From Clostridia bacterium (lineage in GTDB: Bacteria > Bacillota > Clostridia > Peptostreptococcales > Acidaminobacteraceae): a DNA stretch of 32,000 nt. The notes beneath the pieces were generated by a model. It was not told the origin of the DNA, did not search any database, and worked only from the letters and a program-made list of their open reading frames with translations. Location of the stretch: contig JAFGTX010000296.1 in NCBI GenBank assembly GCA_016938815.1, positions 1-32,000 of the forward strand, read 5' to 3'. The position numbers and the translations under genes were made by a program. Position 1 is the stretch's first letter. Each line of letters begins with the position of its first letter. Positions 16,556 to 24,687 of the stretch are shown piece after piece.

Positions 16556-16572
16556 GAGAGGGAGGAAGAACA

Positions 16573-17415
16573 ATGCAAAAGGGTATGGAGAAATTAATGA
16601 AAAATGCACCACTCGCAGTAAGAAAAGAAGGCATGACAGATACGATCATAGAAGTAAAAGGTGTGAAAATCGGTGGCGGTCATATCACCATGATGGCCGG
16701 TCCATGTTCCGTTGAATCAAGGGAGCAGATTATGGCAACGGCAGCGGAAGTCAAGGCTGCAGGTGCACAAATCCTAAGAGGTGGTGCATTCAAGCCGAGA
16801 ACCTCTCCATACTCATTCCAAGGTCTTGGTGAAGAAGGTCTCAAGCTGCTAAAAGAAGCGGGTGAAAAATACAACATGCCTGTGATTACTGAAGTCATGG
16901 AAATAGACACCTTCGACTTGGTAGAATCCTATGCAGACATTTTACAGATCGGGGCAAGAAACATGTCAAACTTCTCGCTTTTGAAAAGAGCAGGTAAGTC
17001 TAAAAAACCGATTTTGCTTAAACGTGGCATGTCTTCCACGATTGAAGAATTCCTGATGTCAGCAGAATACATCTTAGCGAATGGCAATCCTCAAGTTATC
17101 TTATGTGAACGCGGTATCCGTACTTTCGAAACGATGATGCGCAATACCTTAGACTTAGCATCGATTCCACTCATCAAAGAATTGAGCCATTTACCGATTA
17201 TCATTGATCCTTCTCATGGCACAGGCATTAGGGAACTTGTGGCACCTATGTCAAAGGCTGCCGTAGTCATCGGAGGAGACGGTCTTATGGTGGAAGTACA
17301 CCATAAACCGGAAGAGGCGTTATGTGATGGTCCTCAAAGTCTAACACCAGAAATATTCACAGCGTTGATGGCAGAGCTTAATGGTTTGTCCAACTTTTCG
17401 TTTAGCAGGGGGTAA
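16573..17415 (+). CDS. aroF: 3-deoxy-7-phosphoheptulonate (DAHP) synthase, class I-beta
   Basis: [29 protein letters not shown] and IIDPSHG motifs typical of the KDO8PS-like DAHP synthases. GGGAGGA RBS. Confidence 0.9.
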   Translation: MQKGMEKLMKNAPLAVRKEGMTDTIIEVKGVKIGGGHITMMAGPCSVESREQIMATAAEVKAAGAQILRGGAFKPRTSPYSFQGLGEEGLKLLKEAGEKYNMPVITEVMEIDTFDLVESYADILQIGARNMSNFSLLKRAGKSKKPILLKRGMSSTIEEFLMSAEYILANGNPQVILCERGIRTFETMMRNTLDLASIPLIKELSHLPIIIDPSHGTGIRELVAPMSKAAVVIGGDGLMVEVHHKPEEALCDGPQSLTPEIFTALMAELNGLSNFSFSRG

Positions 17416-17419
17416 TGTT

Positions 17420-18268
17420 ATGGGGAAAGAGTTATCTAAAATAGCCATCATTGGCCTGGGACTTATTGGTGGTTCAATTACAAAAGCCTTGAAAGCTGCT
17501 GGCTTTAAGGGCGAAGTGGTCGGGATAGACTCGAATCTTACATCAGTAGCATACGGCCTTCAAAATGGTTTGATCACAAGTGGTGGTACGACGATCAATA
17601 ATCTGGTCATCGGTTCGGATCTGGTTATTGTTGCAACGCATTTGAGATTTTTCGAGGAGGTTGTACAGGACTTGTTGGCGTTGGATTCGTCTTTGCTTAT
17701 TACTGATGTGGGCAGCGTAAAAAAGTGTGAATTCATTCATGAATTGGTGGCAACCAAGAAACTTAATTTTATCGGTGGACATCCACTGGCAGGTTCTGAA
17801 AAGACAGGTATTGAAAATGGTAGTGCCAAACTCTTCGAAGACAAGCCATACTACATCATCCCGTACAAAAACAAAGTTTCAGATACGGCTAAAGTCTTGA
17901 GTTTTGTTGAGTTGATAGGTGCTAAGCCAATCATTATGGAAGAAGAAAAGCATGATGCGCTCATGTCCATGACCAGTCATGTGCCTCACTTGTTGGCTGC
18001 TCTACAGATGAATATCCTATTTGAGCATCAGTCAGAAGAAATCATAGAGCATATCGGTGAGGGCTTCAAGGATGCAACGAGGATCGCATCCAGCTGTCCT
18101 GATCTATGGTCGGATATCGTACTCTTTAACCGTGAAAAAATCCTTTCTCAGGTTGAACAACTGCAGTCTGAAATGAGCAAACTTACCGACCTACTTCAGC
18201 AAAACGACCGTAATCAAGTATACAACTACTTTAAGCAGGCTTCAAATTTTAGGAATCAATTAAGCTAG
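17420..18268 (+). CDS. tyrA: Prephenate dehydrogenase
   Basis: Rossmann motif IAIIGLGLIGGS, GGHPLAGSEKTG and the catalytic-region SHVPHLLA. I prefer the ATG at 17420 over the track start at 17381, which overlaps aroF. Confidence 0.85.
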   Translation: MGKELSKIAIIGLGLIGGSITKALKAAGFKGEVVGIDSNLTSVAYGLQNGLITSGGTTINNLVIGSDLVIVATHLRFFEEVVQDLLALDSSLLITDVGSVKKCEFIHELVATKKLNFIGGHPLAGSEKTGIENGSAKLFEDKPYYIIPYKNKVSDTAKVLSFVELIGAKPIIMEEEKHDALMSMTSHVPHLLAALQMNILFEHQSEEIIEHIGEGFKDATRIASSCPDLWSDIVLFNREKILSQVEQLQSEMSKLTDLLQQNDRNQVYNYFKQASNFRNQLS

Positions 18269-18384
18269 GATTAAAAATGTAAAGAATTCATTAATTATAA
18301 GAAATAAAATGCAAATCACAAGAATTTTCTGATATAATAGATACGTGAAAATGGTTTACATAATATTACTTATAGGAGGCATTA

Positions 18385-19344
18385 ATGGATCCAGTTACTC
18401 ACGGACTCATTGGACTTGGTATATCGGCATTTTCAGGTAATCCGGTAGCCCTTTCAAGTCCGGTTTCTCTAGGTTGTGCCATCGGTGCTATGGCCCCTGA
18501 TTTAGATGTAGTGATTCGTTTTGTAAAAGACGATTATGAATATATAAAAAAGCATAGAGGTGTTTCGCATAGCATACCGGCGCTTGTCGGTTTTGCCTTT
18601 GCTATTACCCTCGGTCTAAGCTTTTTTTTCCCGGATATGCGGTTCATGGAAGTCTTGTTTTGGAGTTTCATAGGTGGCGTTTCCCATACGGTATTCGACA
18701 TGATGAATTCCTATGGCGCTCGACTCTTGATGCGAAAAAGGAAAGTCAATTTGCTGACGCTTTACGATCCGATCATTTGGCTTTTGACCTTATTCCTAAT
18801 CTTCGACAGACAGACGTTGAATGGCAGTCATTTTGTGGCGCTGGGTGTGTTTACAGCTTATATAGGTGGACGGTACCTGCTTCGGGAACGTGCGCGCAAG
18901 AAAATCATCAACCATTATAAGTGCGACCATTTTGAAGACATTACAATATTGCCGGGTTTGAAGCTTTTCTATAAGTGGGATTACATCATTCGTACGAAGC
19001 ATTACAGCATCGTCGGTGATTACAATAGTTTGAACCAGAATTTCAAGGAAACAAAGCGTTTTAAAAAACTGGATCATGCGACTGAGGATTTGTTTTATCG
19101 CTCTGACATCGGCAGACAATTTAGGGATTGGTCTGCGAATTATCACCTTTTCAGGGTAGAGGATAAGGATAAGATTATTTTGAGAGCCGTCGATTTAAGG
19201 TACTATTTCAACAATGATTTTATGCATAAAGCATCTTTGGAAATTGACAAAACGACACATGTTATCGAGTCTTTCTTCCATCCTTATAAATTAGAAACAA
19301 GAATTCCCATAGTTGAGACTGTTTTAGTAAGCACAATTGCATAA
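18385..19344 (+). CDS. YdjM-like membrane-bound metal-dependent hydrolase (DUF457) with C-terminal extension
   Basis: MDPVTHGLIGLG N-terminus, several TM helices and a SHTVFD motif. TAGGAGG RBS. Confidence 0.7.
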   Translation: MDPVTHGLIGLGISAFSGNPVALSSPVSLGCAIGAMAPDLDVVIRFVKDDYEYIKKHRGVSHSIPALVGFAFAITLGLSFFFPDMRFMEVLFWSFIGGVSHTVFDMMNSYGARLLMRKRKVNLLTLYDPIIWLLTLFLIFDRQTLNGSHFVALGVFTAYIGGRYLLRERARKKIINHYKCDHFEDITILPGLKLFYKWDYIIRTKHYSIVGDYNSLNQNFKETKRFKKLDHATEDLFYRSDIGRQFRDWSANYHLFRVEDKDKIILRAVDLRYYFNNDFMHKASLEIDKTTHVIESFFHPYKLETRIPIVETVLVSTIA

Positions 19345-19364
19345 GGATGATTTTTGAGATCACT

Positions 19365-19391
19365 AGTGGGTCTCTTTTTTTTATGGAGGAC
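19365..19391 (+). terminator. Intrinsic terminator
   Basis: GAGATC (19365-19370) pairs with GGTCTC (19378-19383), followed by T8. Confidence 0.6.
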
Positions 19392-19440
19392 CCAGTTGTC
19401 ATTCTCTGCTTTCCAGTATAAGATAGAGAAAAGGAGTGGA

Positions 19441-19908
19441 ATGGATATGAACGACAAAACAGCCCATGACAAGGCGTTACTTTTAGATCAGCAATTGTGC
19501 TTTAGATTATACAAGGCTTCTCGCTTGATGATTCGCTTATATACGCCTCATCTGGATAAACTGGGATTGACCTATCCTCAGTATCTGGTTTTACTGGTGC
19601 TTTGGGAAAAGAAATCCATTGGTTTCAAGGAACTGGGTGAGCAGCTGCAGTTGAAAACAGGTACATTGACACCGGTAGTGCAACGTTTGATACACAGCGG
19701 CTACTTAAGCAAGGAAAAACATCCGGAAGACGATAGAAAGACGTGTATTGCCATTACTCAAGCGGGACTCGATTTGATTCCGGAAGCTAGAAAGATACCG
19801 AGAGAGTTGGCTAAGGCACTCAATCTGACTGAGGCAGAATTTTTAGATGCTATTGAAATGCTGGATGCACTCAATGAAAAATTGATGATTGCGGTATTTG
19901 ATGAATAA
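19441..19908 (+). CDS. ohrR: MarR-family organic hydroperoxide resistance regulator OhrR
   Basis: LDQQLCFRLYKASR (the sensing Cys context of OhrR), LTYPQYLVLLVLWE and TGTLTPVVQRL closely parallel B. subtilis OhrR. I prefer the ATG at 19441 (AAGGAGtggaATG) over the track start at 19354, which crosses the preceding terminator. Confidence 0.8.
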   Translation: MDMNDKTAHDKALLLDQQLCFRLYKASRLMIRLYTPHLDKLGLTYPQYLVLLVLWEKKSIGFKELGEQLQLKTGTLTPVVQRLIHSGYLSKEKHPEDDRKTCIAITQAGLDLIPEARKIPRELAKALNLTEAEFLDAIEMLDALNEKLMIAVFDE

Positions 19909-19911
19909 TGA

Positions 19912-19952
19912 GAACTGTGGTGGGCATATATGTCTTACCACAGTTTTTTTTT
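19912..19952 (+). terminator. Intrinsic terminator after ohrR
   Basis: AACTGTGGT (19912-19920) pairs with ACCACAGTT (19936-19944), followed by T10. Confidence 0.75.
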
Positions 19953-19976
19953 TATCAATTTTTTTGGTTACATTAC

Positions 19977-20005
19977 TTGACAAAGAAAAAAAACAAGGCT
20001 ATAAT
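19977..20005 (+). promoter_or_regulatory. Consensus sigma-A promoter of the glutathione peroxidase gene
   Basis: TTGACA (19977-19982), a 17-nt spacer, then TATAAT (20000-20005). Confidence 0.75.
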
Positions 20006-20034
20006 CAATCTTGTAAGATCAATCTTGCAAGATT
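20006..20034 (+). promoter_or_regulatory. Tandem palindromic operator (probable OhrR box)
   Basis: CAATCTTGTAAGAT (20006-20019) is followed immediately by CAATCTTGCAAGAT (20020-20033). The second contains the perfect palindrome AATCTTGCAAGATT (20021-20034). It abuts the -10 box. Confidence 0.6.
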
Positions 20035-20079
20035 TAAAAAAATACATAAATCTAATGTAAGAAATAGGAGGAATTTGAT

Positions 20080-20625
20080 ATGAGTATTTATAATTTTAGT
20101 TTTCGTGACACAGACGATGAAGTCGTTTCTTTAGAATCTTTTAAAGGTAAGGTGATGTTGATTGTCAACACAGCCAGCAAATGTGGTTTTACACCTCAAT
20201 ATGAAGGTTTGCAGGCCCTGTATGATCAATATAAGGATCAAGGCCTTGAAATTATAGGTTTTCCAAGCAATCAATTCTTAGAGCAGGAACCAGGCACCAA
20301 TGAAGAAATCAAAAGCTTTTGCCAATTGAACTATGGCGTTTCATTCCCACTTTCACAAAAAATCGATGTAAGAGGCAAGGATGCAGATCCACTATTCAAA
20401 TACTTGATCTCAGAAAAAGGATTTGAAGGCTTCAGCAGTAAAACAGAGGGTGGCAAGAAAATGCAAGGTTTCCTTTCTGAAAAATTGCCGCATCTATTAG
20501 ATGGCGATGAAATCAAATGGAACTTCACAAAATTCCTGATCGACAGAGAAGGCCATGTTGTTAAACGTTATGAATCTCCAATTGCGCCGGACGCAATCGT
20601 AGAGGATATTCAAAAGCTGTTGTAA
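20080..20625 (+). CDS. Glutathione peroxidase family protein (Cys-type, BsaA-like)
   Basis: [12 protein letters not shown] active-site context, GFPSNQF and WNFTKFLI signatures. Confidence 0.9.
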   Translation: MSIYNFSFRDTDDEVVSLESFKGKVMLIVNTASKCGFTPQYEGLQALYDQYKDQGLEIIGFPSNQFLEQEPGTNEEIKSFCQLNYGVSFPLSQKIDVRGKDADPLFKYLISEKGFEGFSSKTEGGKKMQGFLSEKLPHLLDGDEIKWNFTKFLIDREGHVVKRYESPIAPDAIVEDIQKLL

Positions 20626-20643
20626 TTCAACAGCTTTTTTTTT
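20614..20643 (+). terminator. Intrinsic terminator overlapping the gpx stop codon
   Basis: AGCTGTTG (20614-20621) pairs with CAACAGCT (20627-20634), followed by T10. Confidence 0.75.
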
Positions 20644-20663
20644 GAAAAAAATTAGTAAATATA

Positions 20664-20716
20664 TTTACAAAGTTACGTAAAGCGATTATAATAAGGAGGA
20701 CGTAAACGAACGTTTA
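20664..20716 (+). promoter_or_regulatory. Sigma-A promoter with candidate operator palindromes for the HlyD/ABC-2/MarR operon
   Basis: TTTACA (20664-20669), a 17-nt spacer, then TATAAT (20687-20692). The palindrome TTACGTAA (20673-20680) lies in the spacer, and TAAACG-AA-CGTTTA (20703-20716) lies just downstream. The heptamer ACGTAAA occurs at 20675 and at 20700. Confidence 0.55.
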
Positions 20717-20766
20717 TTTTTTCTAAACAATAATGAACATCGGTTAATTTTAAGGAGGCTACTTAA

Positions 20767-21783
20767 GTGAACAAGAAAATTATGAATGTGATTGCAGGTG
20801 CTACAGCAATCTTGTTACTTTGTACAGGATGTACGACAAACGCAGCGGAGAAGCCATATTTTCAAGGCGTCATCGAATCTGAAGATGTAGATATCAATGC
20901 AAAAATACCTGGTCGCGTTTTAGAGGTGGCAATTGAAGAAGGCATGACTGTTGAAGCGGGCACATTGATTGCCAATATAGATGCAAAAGACATTGCGGCA
21001 AAACGTGAAGGTGTCGTAGCACAGTCAAAAGCGGCTGAAGCGGCTGTAGAAGCAGCAAAAGCTCAGCTTGAAGCGGCAAAAGCGGTACTGGATAAGGCTA
21101 AAGCTGGTGCGAGAAGTCAAGACATCGCTAAGGCGCAAGCATCTTATGACATTTATAAGAAAAATTACGATCGATTAAAAGAGCTTTATGACAATGGTGC
21201 GGTATCACTTGCACAAGTCGAAGAAGTGGAAACTGCGATGATTGTTGCAAAGGAAACTTTGAATATGGCTAAGGAAGGTGCTAGGGTACAAGATATCCAA
21301 GCGGCAACAGCTCAAGTTGCGGCGGCGACAAGTGGAGTGGTAGCAGCGGAAGAGAAATACGCACAAGCGATAGCAGGTATTAAAGAAGTTGATACTTATT
21401 TAGATGATGCGGGTATCGAGTCGCCATTATCGGGTATTGTCACTTTGCTTAATACCAGTGAAGGAGAAATGGTTTCGACAGGTATGAACATCGCGACTAT
21501 CACTAATTTAGACAACACTTGGGTGATGATCAATGTTGATGAAACCAAAATCGCAAAATTTGAAGAGGGTCAAAAGGTCAAAGTGACAACACTTGCTTAT
21601 GAAGATCAGAGCTTTGAAGGTACAGTTGTGAGAATCAATAAAAATGCAGATTTTGCTGTTAAAAAAGCAAGCAATGAAAATGGAGACTTCGATTTGGTAT
21701 CTTACGGCGTAAAAGTACAATTAGAAAATCCGGATCATTTGTTTAGACCGGGAATGACGGCGTTTGTGACACCTCAGGAGTAG
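20767..21783 (+). CDS. HlyD-family membrane-fusion / periplasmic-adaptor protein
   Basis: N-terminal signal/anchor, Ala-rich coiled coil (AEAAVEAAKAQLEAAKAVLDKAKAG), and barrel-sandwich motifs (INAKIPGRVLEV...IESPLSGIV). GTG start 9 nt after AAGGAGG. Confidence 0.85.
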   Translation: MNKKIMNVIAGATAILLLCTGCTTNAAEKPYFQGVIESEDVDINAKIPGRVLEVAIEEGMTVEAGTLIANIDAKDIAAKREGVVAQSKAAEAAVEAAKAQLEAAKAVLDKAKAGARSQDIAKAQASYDIYKKNYDRLKELYDNGAVSLAQVEEVETAMIVAKETLNMAKEGARVQDIQAATAQVAAATSGVVAAEEKYAQAIAGIKEVDTYLDDAGIESPLSGIVTLLNTSEGEMVSTGMNIATITNLDNTWVMINVDETKIAKFEEGQKVKVTTLAYEDQSFEGTVVRINKNADFAVKKASNENGDFDLVSYGVKVQLENPDHLFRPGMTAFVTPQE

Positions 21784-21791
21784 GGAGGCAC

Positions 21792-22913
21792 ATGATGAAA
21801 AAAGCTATAAAGCAGTGGCTTATGCCATTGATACTGATATTTATCATCCCCCACATTATTAATATAGGTGCTTGCTACATGATGAATGACAAGCAAATCA
21901 AAGACATTCCAATGGCGGTCTATATGGGAGATCAGACTGCTTTAACACGCCAAATCGTTCAAAGCTTTGAAGATACGGAAACTTTTCGCATTGTAAAGTA
22001 CGCCGATTCTGCCGATGAGGTGGAAGCGTCTATGGCTGTAGGTGAATCGGTCTATGGCCTTGTGATTCCGGAAGACTTTACAAAGGATTTGAAAAAATAC
22101 AAATCACCAACCATTTTAACTCTGATTGATGGTACACAGCTTTCATCAGCTGCTTTTACCAGAATTCAGGGCACAGAAATTCTATTGACGACAAAAATCG
22201 GTGGTATGATCAATGTCTTTCAAGCCAAGTTTGACTTAGCGACTGAAGACGCGCTTCATACAGCGGCACCGATCAGTATTACAACGAGACTTCTCGGCAA
22301 TCCGACGAGAAACTATATCAACTTCCTTTTACCGGGTATGATGGCATCTCTGATTCAAATAGGACTTGCGATGTCAACGGCGTCGATTGTCACAGTAGGT
22401 GAGCACCGTGGCTTGGATTTTGAAAAATGTTATTTCAAGCAAATGCTGTTATACGCAATGGCGGGAACCCTGTCTATTTTATTGATGGTGTTGGTTCAAA
22501 CGACATTCTTTGAAGTGCCATTCAGAGGGAATATTTTAGGCTTGATTCTTTTGACCTTTGCTTTTTGCAATGCGGTGGTTGCCCTAAGTATGTTCCTCTC
22601 GACAATAATAAAAAACAAGGTGTTTGCGACTCAAGTTGTAGCGGTATTCTTCATCCCAAGTTCGATCATTGGCGGCTATACGTGGCCACTTGTCGCGATG
22701 CCGTTGCCAATACAAAAATTGGCGACAATTATGCCATTTACCTACTACGGCGATTTCTTAAGGTCGTGGTTGTTGGAAGGGAATTATACGCAGTATAACC
22801 ACAGCCTAGTAACATTCGTATTGATGATTGCTATAGGTGCCGTGACAAGTTTGATGATGAATCGCCTATTGTCATCTAAGGTTGTGAAGGAGGCGATTGT
22901 ACTTGAAAATTAG
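21792..22913 (+). CDS. ABC-2-type transporter permease (YhhJ/YbhS-like) with large N-terminal extracytoplasmic loop
   Basis: One N-terminal TM helix, a ~150-aa loop, then 5 C-terminal TM helices. The start may be the second ATG at 21795, which has better spacing to GGGAGG. Confidence 0.8.
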   Translation: MMKKAIKQWLMPLILIFIIPHIINIGACYMMNDKQIKDIPMAVYMGDQTALTRQIVQSFEDTETFRIVKYADSADEVEASMAVGESVYGLVIPEDFTKDLKKYKSPTILTLIDGTQLSSAAFTRIQGTEILLTTKIGGMINVFQAKFDLATEDALHTAAPISITTRLLGNPTRNYINFLLPGMMASLIQIGLAMSTASIVTVGEHRGLDFEKCYFKQMLLYAMAGTLSILLMVLVQTTFFEVPFRGNILGLILLTFAFCNAVVALSMFLSTIIKNKVFATQVVAVFFIPSSIIGGYTWPLVAMPLPIQKLATIMPFTYYGDFLRSWLLEGNYTQYNHSLVTFVLMIAIGAVTSLMMNRLLSSKVVKEAIVLEN

Positions 22914-23997
22914 CAGATTCATTGAAGAAATAAAAAAATTCTTTGCAACACCTAAAAATATTGTGATTATGGTACTTGGACCCTTATTTTTCACATGTTT
23001 GTTTGGTTATGTCTATAGCAATGATTACTTGAATCGCGTGCCGATGGCCGTACTTGATATGGACCAAAGCAGTTTATCGCGTTCGTTGATTGATAAATTT
23101 GATGATAATGAACGTTATGAGCTGAATTATATAGTCAGTGACATGGGAGAATTGGAATCGGTCATAGAGAGTAAAGAGGCGGTGATTGGACTTTTTATCC
23201 CGCCGGATTTCGAGAAAGACATTAAAAGTAAAAAGGGCGCTACGGCAGCCATGATTATAGACGGTACCAACATTGCCATCGGTAACAATGCCATGGCAAC
23301 TGGATCGGAAATTTTAAATACCGTTAATGCAGGTATTACCATCAGTTTTCTTGAAGGGAAAAGTGTACCGCCGCGTTTGGCTTCCAATTATGCGCAGCTT
23401 TTTAAGATGAATTCGAGAACACTTTGGGATGAAAAATTGTCTTATAAAACTTATATATTGCCGGGGATGATTTTGGTTTTGGTGCAACAGCTTTTTTTAT
23501 CCATCTTTGTCGTGAATTATATTGAGGATCGAAGCAATTTGGTTGAAAAGTCTCTTTTGCATATTGTCATAGGGGCTGTAACTTACGGATTATGCTTTTT
23601 AACGTTGAAAAAGGTGTTGCATATTTCGCTATTAGGCAATGTATTCATTGCTTCTGGACTGGTATTCTTATATTTATGCTGCTTACTGGGCATTGCCATC
23701 ACCATTGGCAAAGTGCTTAATGACCGACTCAAGGCAACGCAATTTTGTATGATGATGTCCTTGCCATCATTCTTGACAGCAGGTTATGTGTGGCCAGCTT
23801 TTAAAATGCCAGTGCTTATAACGGGTGTTGTAAAGGCCTTGTGGCCATTGATTTATCTCGTATCGCCTTTAAGAGACTACATCATCAAGGGAGTATTCCC
23901 AGTAGGTTTCCAAACAACATTGCTTGGGCTTGTTATTTTTGGTATCCTATGGATGACGATTGGCGTGAAGGCGTTCAAAAAAACGGTGGAGGTATAG
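22903..23997 (+). CDS. ABC-2-type transporter permease, paralog of the preceding gene
   Basis: Same topology as the preceding gene, with shared blocks (PMAVLDMDQS cf. PMAVYMGDQT; IDGTN cf. IDGTQ; GYVWP cf. GYTWP). I prefer the TTG at 22903 (9 nt after AAGGAGG) over the track start at 22897. Confidence 0.8.
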   Translation: MKISRFIEEIKKFFATPKNIVIMVLGPLFFTCLFGYVYSNDYLNRVPMAVLDMDQSSLSRSLIDKFDDNERYELNYIVSDMGELESVIESKEAVIGLFIPPDFEKDIKSKKGATAAMIIDGTNIAIGNNAMATGSEILNTVNAGITISFLEGKSVPPRLASNYAQLFKMNSRTLWDEKLSYKTYILPGMILVLVQQLFLSIFVVNYIEDRSNLVEKSLLHIVIGAVTYGLCFLTLKKVLHISLLGNVFIASGLVFLYLCCLLGIAITIGKVLNDRLKATQFCMMMSLPSFLTAGYVWPAFKMPVLITGVVKALWPLIYLVSPLRDYIIKGVFPVGFQTTLLGLVIFGILWMTIGVKAFKKTVEV

Positions 23998-24489
23998 ATG
24001 TCTAAGAGCGTGAAGGAATTATCCTCATTTATGGATGCTTACAGTTTCATTGAATATTCATCGGGACAATCCATTATCAACTTATCACGAACGGTTGATC
24101 TCATGCGTTTTGTGTATAAGGAGTTCTATGATCAATTCAAGCTGTCGGAGCCGAAATTTCGCGTCTTGCTTCTTCTGAGTAAGGCGGAGGACGGTATTCC
24201 TCTTACGGATATTGGTAAGATGCTTTTGGTAAGCCGTGCGAACATGACAACCTTGATTGAACGTATGGTTCGTGATGGCAGCGTTGAAAAAAGAAGCAAC
24301 ACAGATGATAAACGCTCGATAAAGGCTTATCTGACCAAAGCGGGTGAAAAACTTCTGGAGGAAGCGGTGGACTCCCATAGAGAATTTAGTCTCCGTTTGG
24401 TTCGCGTATTATCAGAAGAAGAAAAAAATACCATGAATTGCTTGTTAACGAAAATTCAGATGGATGTTATTGACGGATTTAGCGAATAA
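23998..24489 (+). CDS. MarR-family transcriptional regulator
   Basis: Winged-HTH pattern FRVLLLLSKAEDGIPLTDIGKMLLVSRANMTTLIERMVRDGSVEKR..DDKRS. The ATG directly abuts the upstream stop codon. Confidence 0.85.
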   Translation: MSKSVKELSSFMDAYSFIEYSSGQSIINLSRTVDLMRFVYKEFYDQFKLSEPKFRVLLLLSKAEDGIPLTDIGKMLLVSRANMTTLIERMVRDGSVEKRSNTDDKRSIKAYLTKAGEKLLEEAVDSHREFSLRLVRVLSEEEKNTMNCLLTKIQMDVIDGFSE

Positions 24490-24503
24490 GTTATATGAAT
24501 CAG

Positions 24504-24533
24504 TAAAAAATAAGGGGTGACCCTTATTTTTTT
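24504..24533 (+). terminator. Intrinsic terminator after MarR
   Basis: ATAAGGG (24510-24516) pairs with CCCTTAT (24521-24527) around loop GTGA, flanked by A- and T-runs. Confidence 0.7.
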
Positions 24534-24687
24534 GCCTGCTGTTTCCTTTCACAATGTATTTTGTGGTAAAATAAGAGACGAAATGAGTCAAATTTATTTT
24601 TCCTAGCCTGCATAATAGTCAGAACGAATGGTATATTTTTTACCATAAATATAAAGATTCATACATAATGTGAAAGGTGTGATTTTA

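Noticed and set aside
19889-20083. 64-aa plus-strand ORF between ohrR and gpx
   Set aside because: It runs through the ohrR terminator, the gpx promoter and the operator repeats, and has no RBS.
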